DNA of 64,000 nt from a bacterium (lineage in GTDB: Bacteria > Actinomycetota > Acidimicrobiia > Spongiisociales > Spongiisociaceae): contig JAPPGV010000081.1 of assembly GCA_028821235.1 (NCBI GenBank), positions 109,431 through 173,430 of the forward strand, given 5' to 3'. Shown piece after piece: positions 17,927 to 28,200 of this stretch. The position numbers were made by a program, and so were the translations under genes. How positions within the stretch are numbered: the first letter of the stretch is position 1; every line of letters starts with the position of its first letter. Under the pieces are notes generated by a model. That model searched no databases and was not told where the DNA came from. It was given only the letters and a program-made list of their open reading frames with translations.

Positions 17927-19480
17927 TCAAGAGGTCGGTCGAAGTTTGCGCCCGTTCAGCATCGTCCCGATCGGGGTGTAGCGGATGAAGAACCGATAGG
18001 TCAAGAGGAGCAGAACCGTCACGGCCACCGAGATCATCAAGAACTTGACCTCCGCCGGTAGGTTCCAGTCCCTTACGACTGCTTGTGCAACCACCACCAA
18101 CGGAAGGTGGGCGAGGTATAGCCAGTACGACGAGTCGGAGAGAAAGCGGACCCCAGGACGTTCTTCCGCCAGCAGCACCCGGAACAGCCCCATCAGCCCG
18201 AAGCACATCCCCCAGGCGTAGGCCACCTGCAATACGGACGCCGCCGGCCATGAGAAGGCCGCTTCGTCGAAGGTGAAGACCAGCCCGGCCGGAAGCACGA
18301 CCAGGAACGAGACCGGCAGGAAGGCCCACCACGGTCTCCCCACCGTGTCGACCAGCAGCTCGCCGCTGCGCCCCCGGCGCCGGTACATCAGGGCCCCGAA
18401 TGCGAAGAAGGTGGCGTAGTAGGCGAGAACGTGGGGAAGCGGAATGAGGCCATCAGAGGTGTCGGGCCCGAACACCGGATAGACGCCGCCCCCGCCCATG
18501 TACAACTGCGGCACGATCGTGAGGGGAATCATCGACCACATGACCCACCGCGGCCAGGTCGCCTGCCCGGAGCCATGGGGAACCCGGCGGTCCACCGCCC
18601 ACGCCACGATGGCGAAGCCGGCCACCAGCCAGAGGAGGAACCATAGGAACCAGAGATGGAAGAAACGCTGGATCGTGGACAGATCGAGCCGGCCGGACGA
18701 ACCATCGTCCTCCTCCGTCTCTACGGCGCCTGCTCCCCAACCCGGTACCTCCGACCACTCCATCCTTTCAGGGAGCGGGTCGCCTCCTCGGTAGACCACC
18801 AGCAGGTCGGCCGCCGCCTCGTGGCCGAAGTGGAAGGCCACCCCGAGGGGCGTCTCGCCCTCCGAGGCGGTGGCCACCGCCGCCGGCTCGGCCCCGCGCG
18901 AGAGCAGCAGTTCCAACATCTCCACGTCACCGGTCAGGGCGGCCGCGTGGAGGAGGGCCCATCCGCCCGGCTCGCTCCGGAGGTCGGGGTCGAAGCCCCC
19001 GTCCAGAAGCTGCTCCACCCCGGCGACGTCACCGGCGAACACCTTCCCCCAGATGTCATCGTCCGCGACCGGGGCTGCCGGCGCGGACCCGGCCGCCCAG
19101 TCGCCGACGAGACTGGTCAGCGGGACGATCGTGAACATGCCGATCAGGAGCGGGAGCGCCACCCGGCGCAGCCGGTGGTTCAGCAGGGCGCCGAGGCTGC
19201 GGCGCCGCCACAGCAGGGCGGTGAAGAAGCCGCTCATCAGGAAGAACACCGGCATGCGGAAACCGTGGACCGCCCACAGGAACTCGTCGAACAGGCCGTC
19301 GAGGCTCGAGGTGCGGCCCTGAACCCACCAGGGCGCCGGGAAGAACGCTAGCGAGGCGTGCAGGCCGATGCCCAGCAGCATGGCGAACCCCCGCAGAGCG
19401 TCGAGGTCGTGGAGCCGCCGCCGGGGATTCTCCCCCGCATCGACCCCGATCGCTACCGGCCGCGCCGAGGTATCCGCCAT
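17927..19480 (-). CDS. Acyltransferase-3/OpgC-like integral membrane protein with an inserted ankyrin-repeat module
   Basis: N-terminal LDALRGFAMLLGIGLHA acyltransferase_3 signature and about 10 TM segments. Residues around 140-240 carry ANK-like repeats (GWALLHAAALTGDVEMLELLLSRGAEP; ETPLGVAFHFGHEAAADLL). Confidence 0.75.
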   Translation of the reverse strand: MADTSARPVAIGVDAGENPRRRLHDLDALRGFAMLLGIGLHASLAFFPAPWWVQGRTSSLDGLFDEFLWAVHGFRMPVFFLMSGFFTALLWRRRSLGALLNHRLRRVALPLLIGMFTIVPLTSLVGDWAAGSAPAAPVADDDIWGKVFAGDVAGVEQLLDGGFDPDLRSEPGGWALLHAAALTGDVEMLELLLSRGAEPAAVATASEGETPLGVAFHFGHEAAADLLVVYRGGDPLPERMEWSEVPGWGAGAVETEEDDGSSGRLDLSTIQRFFHLWFLWFLLWLVAGFAIVAWAVDRRVPHGSGQATWPRWVMWSMIPLTIVPQLYMGGGGVYPVFGPDTSDGLIPLPHVLAYYATFFAFGALMYRRRGRSGELLVDTVGRPWWAFLPVSFLVVLPAGLVFTFDEAAFSWPAASVLQVAYAWGMCFGLMGLFRVLLAEERPGVRFLSDSSYWLYLAHLPLVVVAQAVVRDWNLPAEVKFLMISVAVTVLLLLTYRFFIRYTPIGTMLNGRKLRPTS

Positions 19481-19485
19481 CGCGT

Positions 19486-19839
19486 TCAGCGCGCGCTTGG
19501 CAGGTCCAAGACCAGCGCTAAGCCCTCCTCAACCATGCGCATCGTCGCCGTATCCAGTCGTTCGACTGATTCGGAGAGATCGGCCTTGTTGAGTGTGACG
19601 AGCTGCGACACGTTCACCACAGAGTCCCTGCCCAGGCCGGATGTCGCCCCCGCTAGGAGAACATTGCCGGGCGCTTCGTCGAGGCGTACGTTCGAGGTGA
19701 TAGCGACCGCAACCACTGTCGCGATCCCACTCCTGTTGAAGCGGTCGCTCGACATGATCAAAACGGGTCGCCGGTAACCCGGTTCGGAACCTACAGGGTC
19801 GCGGAGACTTGCCCAGCGTATGTCGCCGCGGCGGATCAC
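19486..19839 (-). CDS. mazF: MazF/PemK-family endoribonuclease toxin
   Basis: 117 aa; MIRRGDIRWASL...GYRRPVLIMSSDRFN...VVAVAITSN pattern. Confidence 0.85.
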   Translation of the reverse strand: MIRRGDIRWASLRDPVGSEPGYRRPVLIMSSDRFNRSGIATVVAVAITSNVRLDEAPGNVLLAGATSGLGRDSVVNVSQLVTLNKADLSESVERLDTATMRMVEEGLALVLDLPSAR

Positions 19840-20069
19840 CAGCGCTCGTTCAAAGCTCGCCCCTGTGCCTCAAGCAGCTCGTCGGATACCTTCGAGGGCT
19901 CCTCGGAGTACACGGCGTTGAGACGGGCCGTCACCTCCTCGGAGTCCTCCTGAGCCAGCAGACGTTCTAATGCCTCGGCGTACAGACTCGACCGTGAACA
20001 CCGGCGTCGTGCCGCCAGACGTTCCGCCGCTTCGTACACCGTGTCCGGAATGGAGACCGCTATCTTCAT
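19836..20069 (-). CDS. Ribbon-helix-helix (CopG/MazE-like) antitoxin
   Basis: 77 aa; MKIAVSIPDTVYEAAERLAARRRCSRSSLYAEALERLL RHH motif. 4-nt overlap with mazF. Confidence 0.8.
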   Translation of the reverse strand: MKIAVSIPDTVYEAAERLAARRRCSRSSLYAEALERLLAQEDSEEVTARLNAVYSEEPSKVSDELLEAQGRALNERW

Positions 20070-20135
20070 CCTGTCGAGTATAACCGAGTATGACCACGAC
20101 TAGAAGCGCTACAGACAAGGGACGCCAAGGAGCTT

Positions 20136-21983
20136 TCATCCCCATAGCCTGGCCCTCAGGCCGGAGGCGCGCTGGACCGAGCGTTCGATGCCAAGGCGGA
20201 TAGCGGATTCGGGACCGACGACCGTCACGCTCTTGGACGCCCGGGTCACGGCGGTGTAGAGAAGCTCGCGGGTCAGCAGCCGCGACGACTCAACCGGGAG
20301 CGAGACGACCACCTCTTCGAACTGGGAGCCCTGGCTCTTGTGGATGGTCAGGGCATGCACGGTCGTGTGCTCCCCCAGGTAGCCGGGCGGGAAGGAGCGG
20401 ACGCCGCCCCGGTCGAACATGACGCGCATGCCCTCGCCGGCCCGGACCACCACCCCGATGTCCCCGTTGTAGAGGCCCAGGTTGTAGTCGTTCTTGGTGA
20501 TCATCAGCGGCCGTCCGGGGTACCACTCGCCCCGGTACCGGAGGCCGGGGAACCTCTCGTCGAGTGCGCCCTCGATGTCGCGCCTCCACTGCTCGACGCT
20601 GCCCGGACCTTCGCGATTGGCGCACAGCACCGCCATCCCGCCCAGGCGGGCCAGCGCCTCCTCCTCGCCGCCCGGCAGGGATGCCGCCCGCACCAACCCG
20701 GCGCGGTGCTCGGTGACCCGGTCTCGGACCCTCCGGAAGCCGGCCTCGGCCCGGTCCCTCACCCAGTGAAGGCCGTCGACTCCCCGGTCGAGCAACTCCA
20801 TCGCCCGGTCCGGATCAGCGTCCCGGACCGCGTCGGCGAAGTCGGCGATCGGGCCTTGCTCCTCGAAGCGGTGCACCCGCTCCAGCACCACCACGCAGCC
20901 GGCGATCTCGGGTCCGCCCGGAACGGGACTCCCCTGTCCCCGATGGGGCGACCGGGCGGCGGGACCCACTATGTCGGCGAGGACCGTTCCGGCCTCGATG
21001 GACTCCAGCTGGTACGGATCCCCGACCAGCACGAGAGTGGCGTCCGCCCGCACCGCGGCGATCAGCTTGGCGGCCAGCGGCAGCGAGACCATCGACATCT
21101 CGTCGACGACGATGAGGTCGTGGGGAAGCCGGTTCCGCTCGTGGTGGGCGAACCGGCCCCGGCCCCACGCCCACCCGAGGAGCCGGTGGATGGTGCCCGT
21201 CTGGAGCGTCTCCAGCCTCTCCCGGACTATCGGATGCTCCGCCTCGGCCGCGAGCTCGTCGATGACTTCCCCCAGCCGGGCAGCCGCCTTCCCGGTGGGA
21301 GCGCACAGCGCCACCCGCGGGAAGTCCGTGGAGGTCTGGGCCAGGGCGGCCAGCATCCTCGCCACCGTGTACGTCTTGCCGGTGCCGGGACCGCCGGCGA
21401 CCACGGTCAGCTTCCCGGTCAGAGCGTTGACGGCGGCGGCATGCTGGAGGTTCGGCTTGTTGTCGGAGACGGGTGGAAGCAACCCGTCCAGGACCGTCCG
21501 GGACTCCGGGGAGAGGATGGCCCGGGGCACGGCCGTGCGGGTTCGGATCAGGTTGACCACCCGCTCCTCGTGCCGGAAGTAACGCTCGAGGTAGAGGCGA
21601 TCGCCGTCCAGCACGAGAGGCTCCTCTCCCCTGCCGTCGCCGACCATCGCGCTACGCGACACCGCCGCCACCCAGTCCTCCGGATCCGGCCAGGGAAGCG
21701 CCTCCACCACCTCCGGAGGCCGGCCCTCGATCACCATCGCGTCACGCTGCGTATCGAGACGGATGCATACGTGCCCGAAGCGGGTTCCCCGTACGGCCAG
21801 GGCGGCGGCCAGCATCACCGCCTGGTCGGACTCGTCCCACAGGCGGCTGATCACCATCGCTGCGTGGACTTCCAGCGGCGAGAGCGCACCCCCTTCGTTG
21901 AAGGCCGCCAGCAAGCCGGACGCGCCGGCCACGGCCTGCGGTCCGGCGATGGCCGCTTCGAGCCGTCCGGAGGCCACCATCAT
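20136..21983 (-). CDS. recD: Exodeoxyribonuclease V alpha subunit RecD
   Basis: Walker A GGPGTGKT and SF1 helicase motifs. Start chosen at the ATG at 21983 (MMVASGRLEAA...), which overlaps the recB stop (ATGA). The ORF-track extension to 22160 lies inside recB. Confidence 0.88.
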   Translation of the reverse strand: MMVASGRLEAAIAGPQAVAGASGLLAAFNEGGALSPLEVHAAMVISRLWDESDQAVMLAAALAVRGTRFGHVCIRLDTQRDAMVIEGRPPEVVEALPWPDPEDWVAAVSRSAMVGDGRGEEPLVLDGDRLYLERYFRHEERVVNLIRTRTAVPRAILSPESRTVLDGLLPPVSDNKPNLQHAAAVNALTGKLTVVAGGPGTGKTYTVARMLAALAQTSTDFPRVALCAPTGKAAARLGEVIDELAAEAEHPIVRERLETLQTGTIHRLLGWAWGRGRFAHHERNRLPHDLIVVDEMSMVSLPLAAKLIAAVRADATLVLVGDPYQLESIEAGTVLADIVGPAARSPHRGQGSPVPGGPEIAGCVVVLERVHRFEEQGPIADFADAVRDADPDRAMELLDRGVDGLHWVRDRAEAGFRRVRDRVTEHRAGLVRAASLPGGEEEALARLGGMAVLCANREGPGSVEQWRRDIEGALDERFPGLRYRGEWYPGRPLMITKNDYNLGLYNGDIGVVVRAGEGMRVMFDRGGVRSFPPGYLGEHTTVHALTIHKSQGSQFEEVVVSLPVESSRLLTRELLYTAVTRASKSVTVVGPESAIRLGIERSVQRASGLRARLWG

Positions 21984-24900
21984 CGACGCCCTGCGAAGAG
22001 ATCGCTCACAGCCACCACTGCCTGCGAGGGCGGGGACCAGCGCGCCACCCCGCAGCGCTCCCCGTCCATGACCGGGGTGTCGGGACCGATCATGCCCCTC
22101 ACGAACAGGTACATGGAACCGCCGAGGTGGACGGACGGACGGTAGCCGGGAAGGCGCCACTCGAGGTACCGGTGGAGAGCCACCTGGTACAGCAAGGCCT
22201 GGAGCACGTAGTTGCCGTGGTGCATGGAGGCAACGAGCGGGCCGGGCCCGTAGTCGGTCGAGGCGGGCAACTCCCCTGCGGCCGGAAGCGTGTTGGACTT
22301 GAAATCCATCACCACGTAGCGGGCGCCACGGCGGCCTGGAAGCACGGTGACGAGGTCGATCTCGCCGGTCAGGAAGCCGCGGAACCGATGAGGCTCCAGG
22401 TCCCGAAGTCGCGGGAAGTAGCCGCGGTGGGGATCGTCTTCGTCCAGGCGTTCGAGCACGACCGCCGCGATGTCACGCAGGGAGGTGGTCGACGCGGAAG
22501 TACGGAGCGGCAGCTCGAAACTCACCTCCTTGAGGGTCCGCCCCGGATCCAGGTCGCGCAGGGACAGGGCGTCGTCTCCGGGTCCCAGGGGTGTTCGCAT
22601 CGCCGCAGTCATCCCTCCGACGAAGGCATCCGTCTCGAAGTCCCAGGAAGCGTGTCGGGTGAGGTGGGCCAGTTCGGAGCCGATCGCCGCGGAGAGATCG
22701 GGAGAGTCGAAGGGCACGTTCTGGAAGATCCGGTGCACCAGCGACCCGAACCGGGGCCCCCGAGGGAGATCGTCCATCAACAGCCCGCCGCCGGCGCCGC
22801 CCGGCTCGCCGGCGTCCGCCGGCTCATCCACCCGGTCGGGCTCTTCCATCGTGTCCGCCTCCCCGCCCAGGGGACGGTCCGGCGACAAGGACGTGAAGGA
22901 GACCCGCCGCCAGAAGTAGTCGAGGGAACGATCGAGGCTGGCCCGGTCGAGCCGGCCGGGAGTCCGCTGCTCCCCCGTGTACGGCACGGTCGGCTGGGGC
23001 CTGCTCAGGATGGTCTGGCTGATGGTCCCCCAGGAGGCCTCGATAAGCCGCTCTATCCCGCGATCCGCGTCATCCCCGCGACTCAAGAGCCGGTGCAGCT
23101 TCGTCTTGGCCGAGTACTGGGTGTTCTCGATCCACCACACCACCAAGCGGTGCCTGGCCCTCGTCAGCGCCACGTACAGCAAGCGGCCCTCCTCGGCGGC
23201 GTCCTCGTCCATAGCCGCCTCCCGGTGGGACTCGAAGCCGGGAGAGGTGGGACCGCCGACGTCGATGACACGCCGCCGGGGTTGTCCCTCCGGAGCAGGC
23301 TCGGGGTCGTGGAAGACGGGAATCATGGGCTTGATCCGGGGGATGTCCCACAGGTACGGCGCCATCACCACGGGGTACTCCAGACCCTTGGCGGCATGCA
23401 CCGTCAGGACCTGCACCGCCGCCGCGTCGGTGTCCAATCGTCGCTGGCGGGACTCCACGTCCTCTACGTTCGCCTCGGCGTTGCGGGCCGCTTCGTCCAT
23501 TGCAACCTCGATCCACACCACTAACGAGCCGATCCGACCCCTCCGCCAGGCAGCATGCATCTCCTCGGCGATGTGGTTGAGGTCGGTCAGCTCCCTCTCG
23601 CCCTCGAAGCGGGAGAGGATCCGGGCCGTGAGACCCGTGGTCCGGTCGATGTCGGCGAACATCGCCGGCACTCCGCGGTCGTGGAGCAGGCCCTGCCACC
23701 GCAGGAAGTGTTGCTGCAGGTCGAGGATCGTGTCCCCTTCCAGACGTGCCACCTCGGGAAGGTCCTTACCGACGAGCGGGGTGGTGGCCGCCAGGCGCAG
23801 GTAGTCCGCCCGGCTGGGCCGTTCGATCGCAAGGAGGAACCGGCGCCAATGCTCGGCCGCCGGGGTGGCGAACACGCTCCCGGTCCGGGCCACCACCGAC
23901 GGTACACTCGCGGCCGCGAGGGCGTCCCGGATCGTCCCGACCTGCCGCCCCGTCCGGCACAGCACTGCGATGTCCCCCGGTTCGAGTCGGCGCTCCTCAC
24001 CGTCGTTCCCTTCCAGCCAGACCTCATGGTCGAGGAGCCGGACCACCTCCGAGGCCACGTCCGAGGCAACCGCCTCCCGAGCTTCCCTCACGTAGAAGAA
24101 CGGTCTGTATTGCTGGCGCGGCAACGGGAAGTCGTCCGAGAACCGGCGGATCTCCAGGGCTCCACGGACGCCCCGGATCCGGGCGGTCCGGTTCCGCTCG
24201 GATGGCTGCACGCGCCGGTAGCCGATACGGTCGTCTCCGAAGGTGGCTCCTGCCAGCAACGCGTCGAGCGCGTCGATCAGCGGACCGTCGCTCCGCCAGT
24301 TGGTGGCCAGCGTGCGGTGCCCGGAGGGGTCCTCGACGGCCGAGAGGTAGGACTCGATGTCGGCGCCACGGAAGGCGTAGATCGACTGCTTCGGGTCGCC
24401 GATCACGACCAGCCGGGACTCGTCGAACACCGCCCTGAGGATCTGCCACTGGATGGGATCCGTGTCCTGGGCCTCGTCGACCAGGGCGATGGAGTAGCGC
24501 CTCCTCAGCAGATCGCGGGCGCCGGCGCCGACCCGCTCCTCGTTCAGCGCGTCGCGGGCCTCCACCAGGGTGTCATCGAAGGTGACCATGCCTTCAGCCC
24601 AGAGCCGCCGGGAAAGTACCGACTTCATATCCCGGGCCATCTCCGCCCGCACTCTCGCCAGTCCGTCCGCGGAGGCCGGCGCCGGAGTGATCCGGGCATC
24701 CGGGATGGTTACCACGACCTTGCCGATCTGGGCCAGGTGCTCCTGGGTGACCTGATCGAATCTGTCACTCGCCCGGGGAACGGCGAAACGACCCACCACC
24801 AGATCACTGGCGGCCCGGCGCAGCAGCAGTTCGTCTATCTCGCGGGGCTCCATGTCACCGGAGAGCCGTGACCGGAATCCGAGCTTCTCCAGCAACCGGA

Positions 24901-25282
24901 GCGCGAAACCGTGGATGGTGAAGATCTGGGCGCGATCGAAGTGGGTCAGAGCCTCCTCGAGCCGTTCCGAGTATTTCCCCTGCCGGCCGGGGTCGGCGTC
25001 GAGCAGGGCGCTGACGTGGTCGTCGACCGGCCCGACATGTGAACCGCGGAGAGCACTGAGGGTGGTGACGATCCGGCGCCTGACCCGGTCTTTGAGCTCG
25101 GCGGTGGCAGCCCTGGTGAAGGTGACCACGAGGATGCGCTCGAGTGGAAGCCCTTCCTCGGCCACCAGGCGGGTGACCACGGCCGCGATCGTGAACGTCT
25201 TGCCGGTACCGGCGCTCGCCTCGATCACCGTGCGGCCGCCGGCGATCGGCGCGTAGGGGTCGTAACGACCGATCTCGGTCAT
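21980..25282 (-). CDS. recB: Exodeoxyribonuclease V beta subunit RecB (helicase-nuclease)
   Basis: UvrD-like motif ASAGTGKTF and a C-terminal PD-(D/E)xK nuclease (VMDFKSN). Start at the ATG at 25282 (MTEIGRYDPY...), overlapping the recC stop (ATGA). Confidence 0.9.
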   Translation of the reverse strand: MTEIGRYDPYAPIAGGRTVIEASAGTGKTFTIAAVVTRLVAEEGLPLERILVVTFTRAATAELKDRVRRRIVTTLSALRGSHVGPVDDHVSALLDADPGRQGKYSERLEEALTHFDRAQIFTIHGFALRLLEKLGFRSRLSGDMEPREIDELLLRRAASDLVVGRFAVPRASDRFDQVTQEHLAQIGKVVVTIPDARITPAPASADGLARVRAEMARDMKSVLSRRLWAEGMVTFDDTLVEARDALNEERVGAGARDLLRRRYSIALVDEAQDTDPIQWQILRAVFDESRLVVIGDPKQSIYAFRGADIESYLSAVEDPSGHRTLATNWRSDGPLIDALDALLAGATFGDDRIGYRRVQPSERNRTARIRGVRGALEIRRFSDDFPLPRQQYRPFFYVREAREAVASDVASEVVRLLDHEVWLEGNDGEERRLEPGDIAVLCRTGRQVGTIRDALAAASVPSVVARTGSVFATPAAEHWRRFLLAIERPSRADYLRLAATTPLVGKDLPEVARLEGDTILDLQQHFLRWQGLLHDRGVPAMFADIDRTTGLTARILSRFEGERELTDLNHIAEEMHAAWRRGRIGSLVVWIEVAMDEAARNAEANVEDVESRQRRLDTDAAAVQVLTVHAAKGLEYPVVMAPYLWDIPRIKPMIPVFHDPEPAPEGQPRRRVIDVGGPTSPGFESHREAAMDEDAAEEGRLLYVALTRARHRLVVWWIENTQYSAKTKLHRLLSRGDDADRGIERLIEASWGTISQTILSRPQPTVPYTGEQRTPGRLDRASLDRSLDYFWRRVSFTSLSPDRPLGGEADTMEEPDRVDEPADAGEPGGAGGGLLMDDLPRGPRFGSLVHRIFQNVPFDSPDLSAAIGSELAHLTRHASWDFETDAFVGGMTAAMRTPLGPGDDALSLRDLDPGRTLKEVSFELPLRTSASTTSLRDIAAVVLERLDEDDPHRGYFPRLRDLEPHRFRGFLTGEIDLVTVLPGRRGARYVVMDFKSNTLPAAGELPASTDYGPGPLVASMHHGNYVLQALLYQVALHRYLEWRLPGYRPSVHLGGSMYLFVRGMIGPDTPVMDGERCGVARWSPPSQAVVAVSDLFAGRR

Positions 25283-28200
25283 AGCGACTTCTCCACCAGC
25301 AGCGGGAGGATCGGCCCCCACAGCCTCCGGGCGAGGTCCGGGAAGGAACTCCCCTCTAGGGCGGACATGGTCCCCAGGTGCGGGAACAGGAACTCGTTGG
25401 CCGGATCCTTGGCCTCCGGGGAGAAACGGTCCGTCTCCCACGCCTTCTCGGCCTGTTTGCGGGCGCTTCCGAGATCTCCGCCCACCTTCATCTGCCAGTT
25501 GAAGGCCGTTTCGCAGGGCAACGGCATGGGGGCGGTAAGCCCTTCGACGTACAGGTCGACGAGGCCCGACAGCAGACGCTCCGCCCGGTGCCGGCGGCGC
25601 GCCGCGTCACCGCGGATCGGTCCGATCTTCACGCTCCGGAGCTTGTCGCCCCGCAGGTGGCGACCGAGCAGCAACCCTTGCCAGGAGCGGTGCGGGTCCA
25701 GCGCGGACAGGAAGACCATCTGGAGGAAGGCTCTCAGGCGTTGCTTACCCTTGAGCCTCGACGGGGTGACCATGTCCGCCCGGGAGGCGCCTGGATCGGC
25801 CGTTATCACGCCCTCGACCGTGCGCCCGCCCACCCGTACCGCTCCGGCGAACTGCTCGTGCCGCTCCGGGTCGTACCCCACTTCCGTGGCGGCCTCCCAC
25901 AGTTCGAACGCCCGCTGCCGGGCCCGGTCGAGACCTGCCCGCCCGAGGTCGCCGGGGGGCACGGTGTCGCCGGCTCGCTGATGGGCTTCGAGCAACTCGA
26001 TCGGGTGACCCGACAGCAGTCCGGCGAGGAAGCGGTCGGTGACCTGCCACTCCTCCAAGGGGCCGAGTTCGGTGGGCACGGTGTCGTCCGGGATCTCTCC
26101 CTGGCGCGGGATCAGGAAGCCGAGCCTGCTGCGGATGAACTCGCGGGCGGGATGCTCGAGAAAGCGGGCCAAGTCCGCGAGCCGGATCTCCGAGAAGACG
26201 TCGTCCTCGGGGGCGGGCAACAGGAGATGGGGCGCCTCCCCACCGGTGCGATGCTGGACGGCCAGCGACCCCTGGAACTGCATGGGGTCGAACCCCCAGG
26301 GTCCGGACACACCGAGACTTCCCGAGACGAAGTTGGTCTCGCTGAATGCTTGCAGAGGATGGTGGGTCCGGAGGCTCTCGAGACCGGCCTCCCCCGCCAT
26401 GCCGGACAGCACGTCCGCCAACTCGGCGATCGGGACCGCCGGCGGATACTCGGCGTTGGTCAGAGGGTCACGGCCCGAGTACGTGACGATCAGGTGGTCC
26501 CCGGCCGCCATGACCGCATCCAGGAGGAGCTGGCGGTCCTCGGCGCCGCGGTCGGAGTCACCGATGATCTCGTTGTCAACCAGCAGGTCGTCGCCGTCGG
26601 CCCGGCTGCTTCTGGGGAAGCGCCGGTCGTCCATACCGAGCAGGCACACCACCCGGTAGGGCACCGAACGCATCGGAACCAGCGTGCAGACCGTGATGTC
26701 CCCGGTCCTGAAATGCAGGGGGCTCGGCACATCCTCCGACCAGTAGTCCACCACCAACCGGGCTTCCGCAGGATCGAGCAGTGGATCGTTACCGCCGGCC
26801 TCCACCCCCGGGAAGCTCTCCTCGAGCAGGCGCTCCAACTGGCCCCACTGCCACTGGTCGTCCCACGCGGGTGCCGCCAGGAGGCGTACGGCCGCGGCGA
26901 TGGCCGGGCCCCACTCGGAGTAAGGCCGAGGCTCGCCGAGAAGCTCCCGGACCGTGACGATCCGGTCCATGATCTGGGCCAATAGCCCGATCGGCAAAGC
27001 CTCCTGCCCCTCGGCCCCGTCGAGGGGGGCGATCGCGCCGACCACGCGGACGCTGCTGTCCGCGTAGAAGACGCCGGAGAGAGCCCGGTCGAGCCCGCGC
27101 CGCCAGGTGTGGTCCCCCACCCGGCCGGCGTCCCACCGGGCGCGGTGGTCGGCATCGAGGCCCCACCGCACGTTGGTGTCCTCGATCACCGCGGCGATCG
27201 CGTCGGCCGTCTCCTCGTCGAAGCCGAACAGTCGCCGCACCACCGGCATCGCCACCAGCTCGCGGACCGTGCCCGCTTCGAGGCGGTCGCAGGCCAGGTC
27301 GAGGACGATTGCGGCGAACCGGACCAGCGGGTTGGTGGCGGCGGGCGCCCGGTCGGCGATCCGGAGGCGCAGGTCAGGCAGGGCATCCGCGCCGGTATCG
27401 GGTTCGCCGCCACCGGCATGGCCGAGGAACACCGCTTCCAGGAGAGGGGCGAAGGTGCCGAGGTCCGGCGTCATGATGACGACATCGCGCGGTTCCAGCG
27501 TGGCGTCGGCCGCGAGAGCGTGAAGGATGGCGTCGCGAAGGACCTCTACCTGCCGGCGGGCGCCGTAGCAGACGTGGACCTGGACCGACCGGTCTCCGTC
27601 AGCGCCGCCGACCGCGGCAGCGCAGTTGGCGGGAAGGGCGTTGGAGCGGATGTCCTGCTGGAGCCGCCTGAGCAGGGTGGCGGCCGCGGCGGCCGCTGCG
27701 CCTCCGGATGGCCCGCTCGCATGGTCCCGGCTCGCCAGGACCAACTGGAGTTCACGGCTCTCCTGCGCCCAGGAGCGCAGCAGCGGATGCCGAGGCAGGT
27801 GCGCCGTGGGGTCGGACGCCCTTCCCGTTTCGGCACCGACCACGTCCCGTTCCGCAAGGACCGCAGTGTCCTGCCACAGGACGGGGGACGGATGCAACAG
27901 GTGCAGGTGTACATCGCGAGTAGCGGCCAGCGCCTCGAACACCTCGACATCCATCGGGTCCACCGAGGTGAGCCCGTACACGAAGATCCGCTCCGGCAGA
28001 GCCACATCCAGCACACCACTCCGGATCGGCTCCAGGGCCGAAGGGATCAGCTCCGCCAGGCCGGGCGTCCCTATCCGTGCCCGGACCAGCCGCCACAGGC
28101 GCGCCTGCCAGACATCCGCCTCGGGAAGGGCCCCTCCATCGGGTCCGGCATCCTCCCCCTCCATCCAGGCCCGTACCATCTCGGGCCGGCGGCGGGCGTA

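Noticed and set aside
20340-23524. 601-aa and 465-aa plus-strand ORFs antisense to recD and recB
   Set aside because: They are antisense shadows of helicase genes whose Walker and nuclease motifs are intact on the minus strand.
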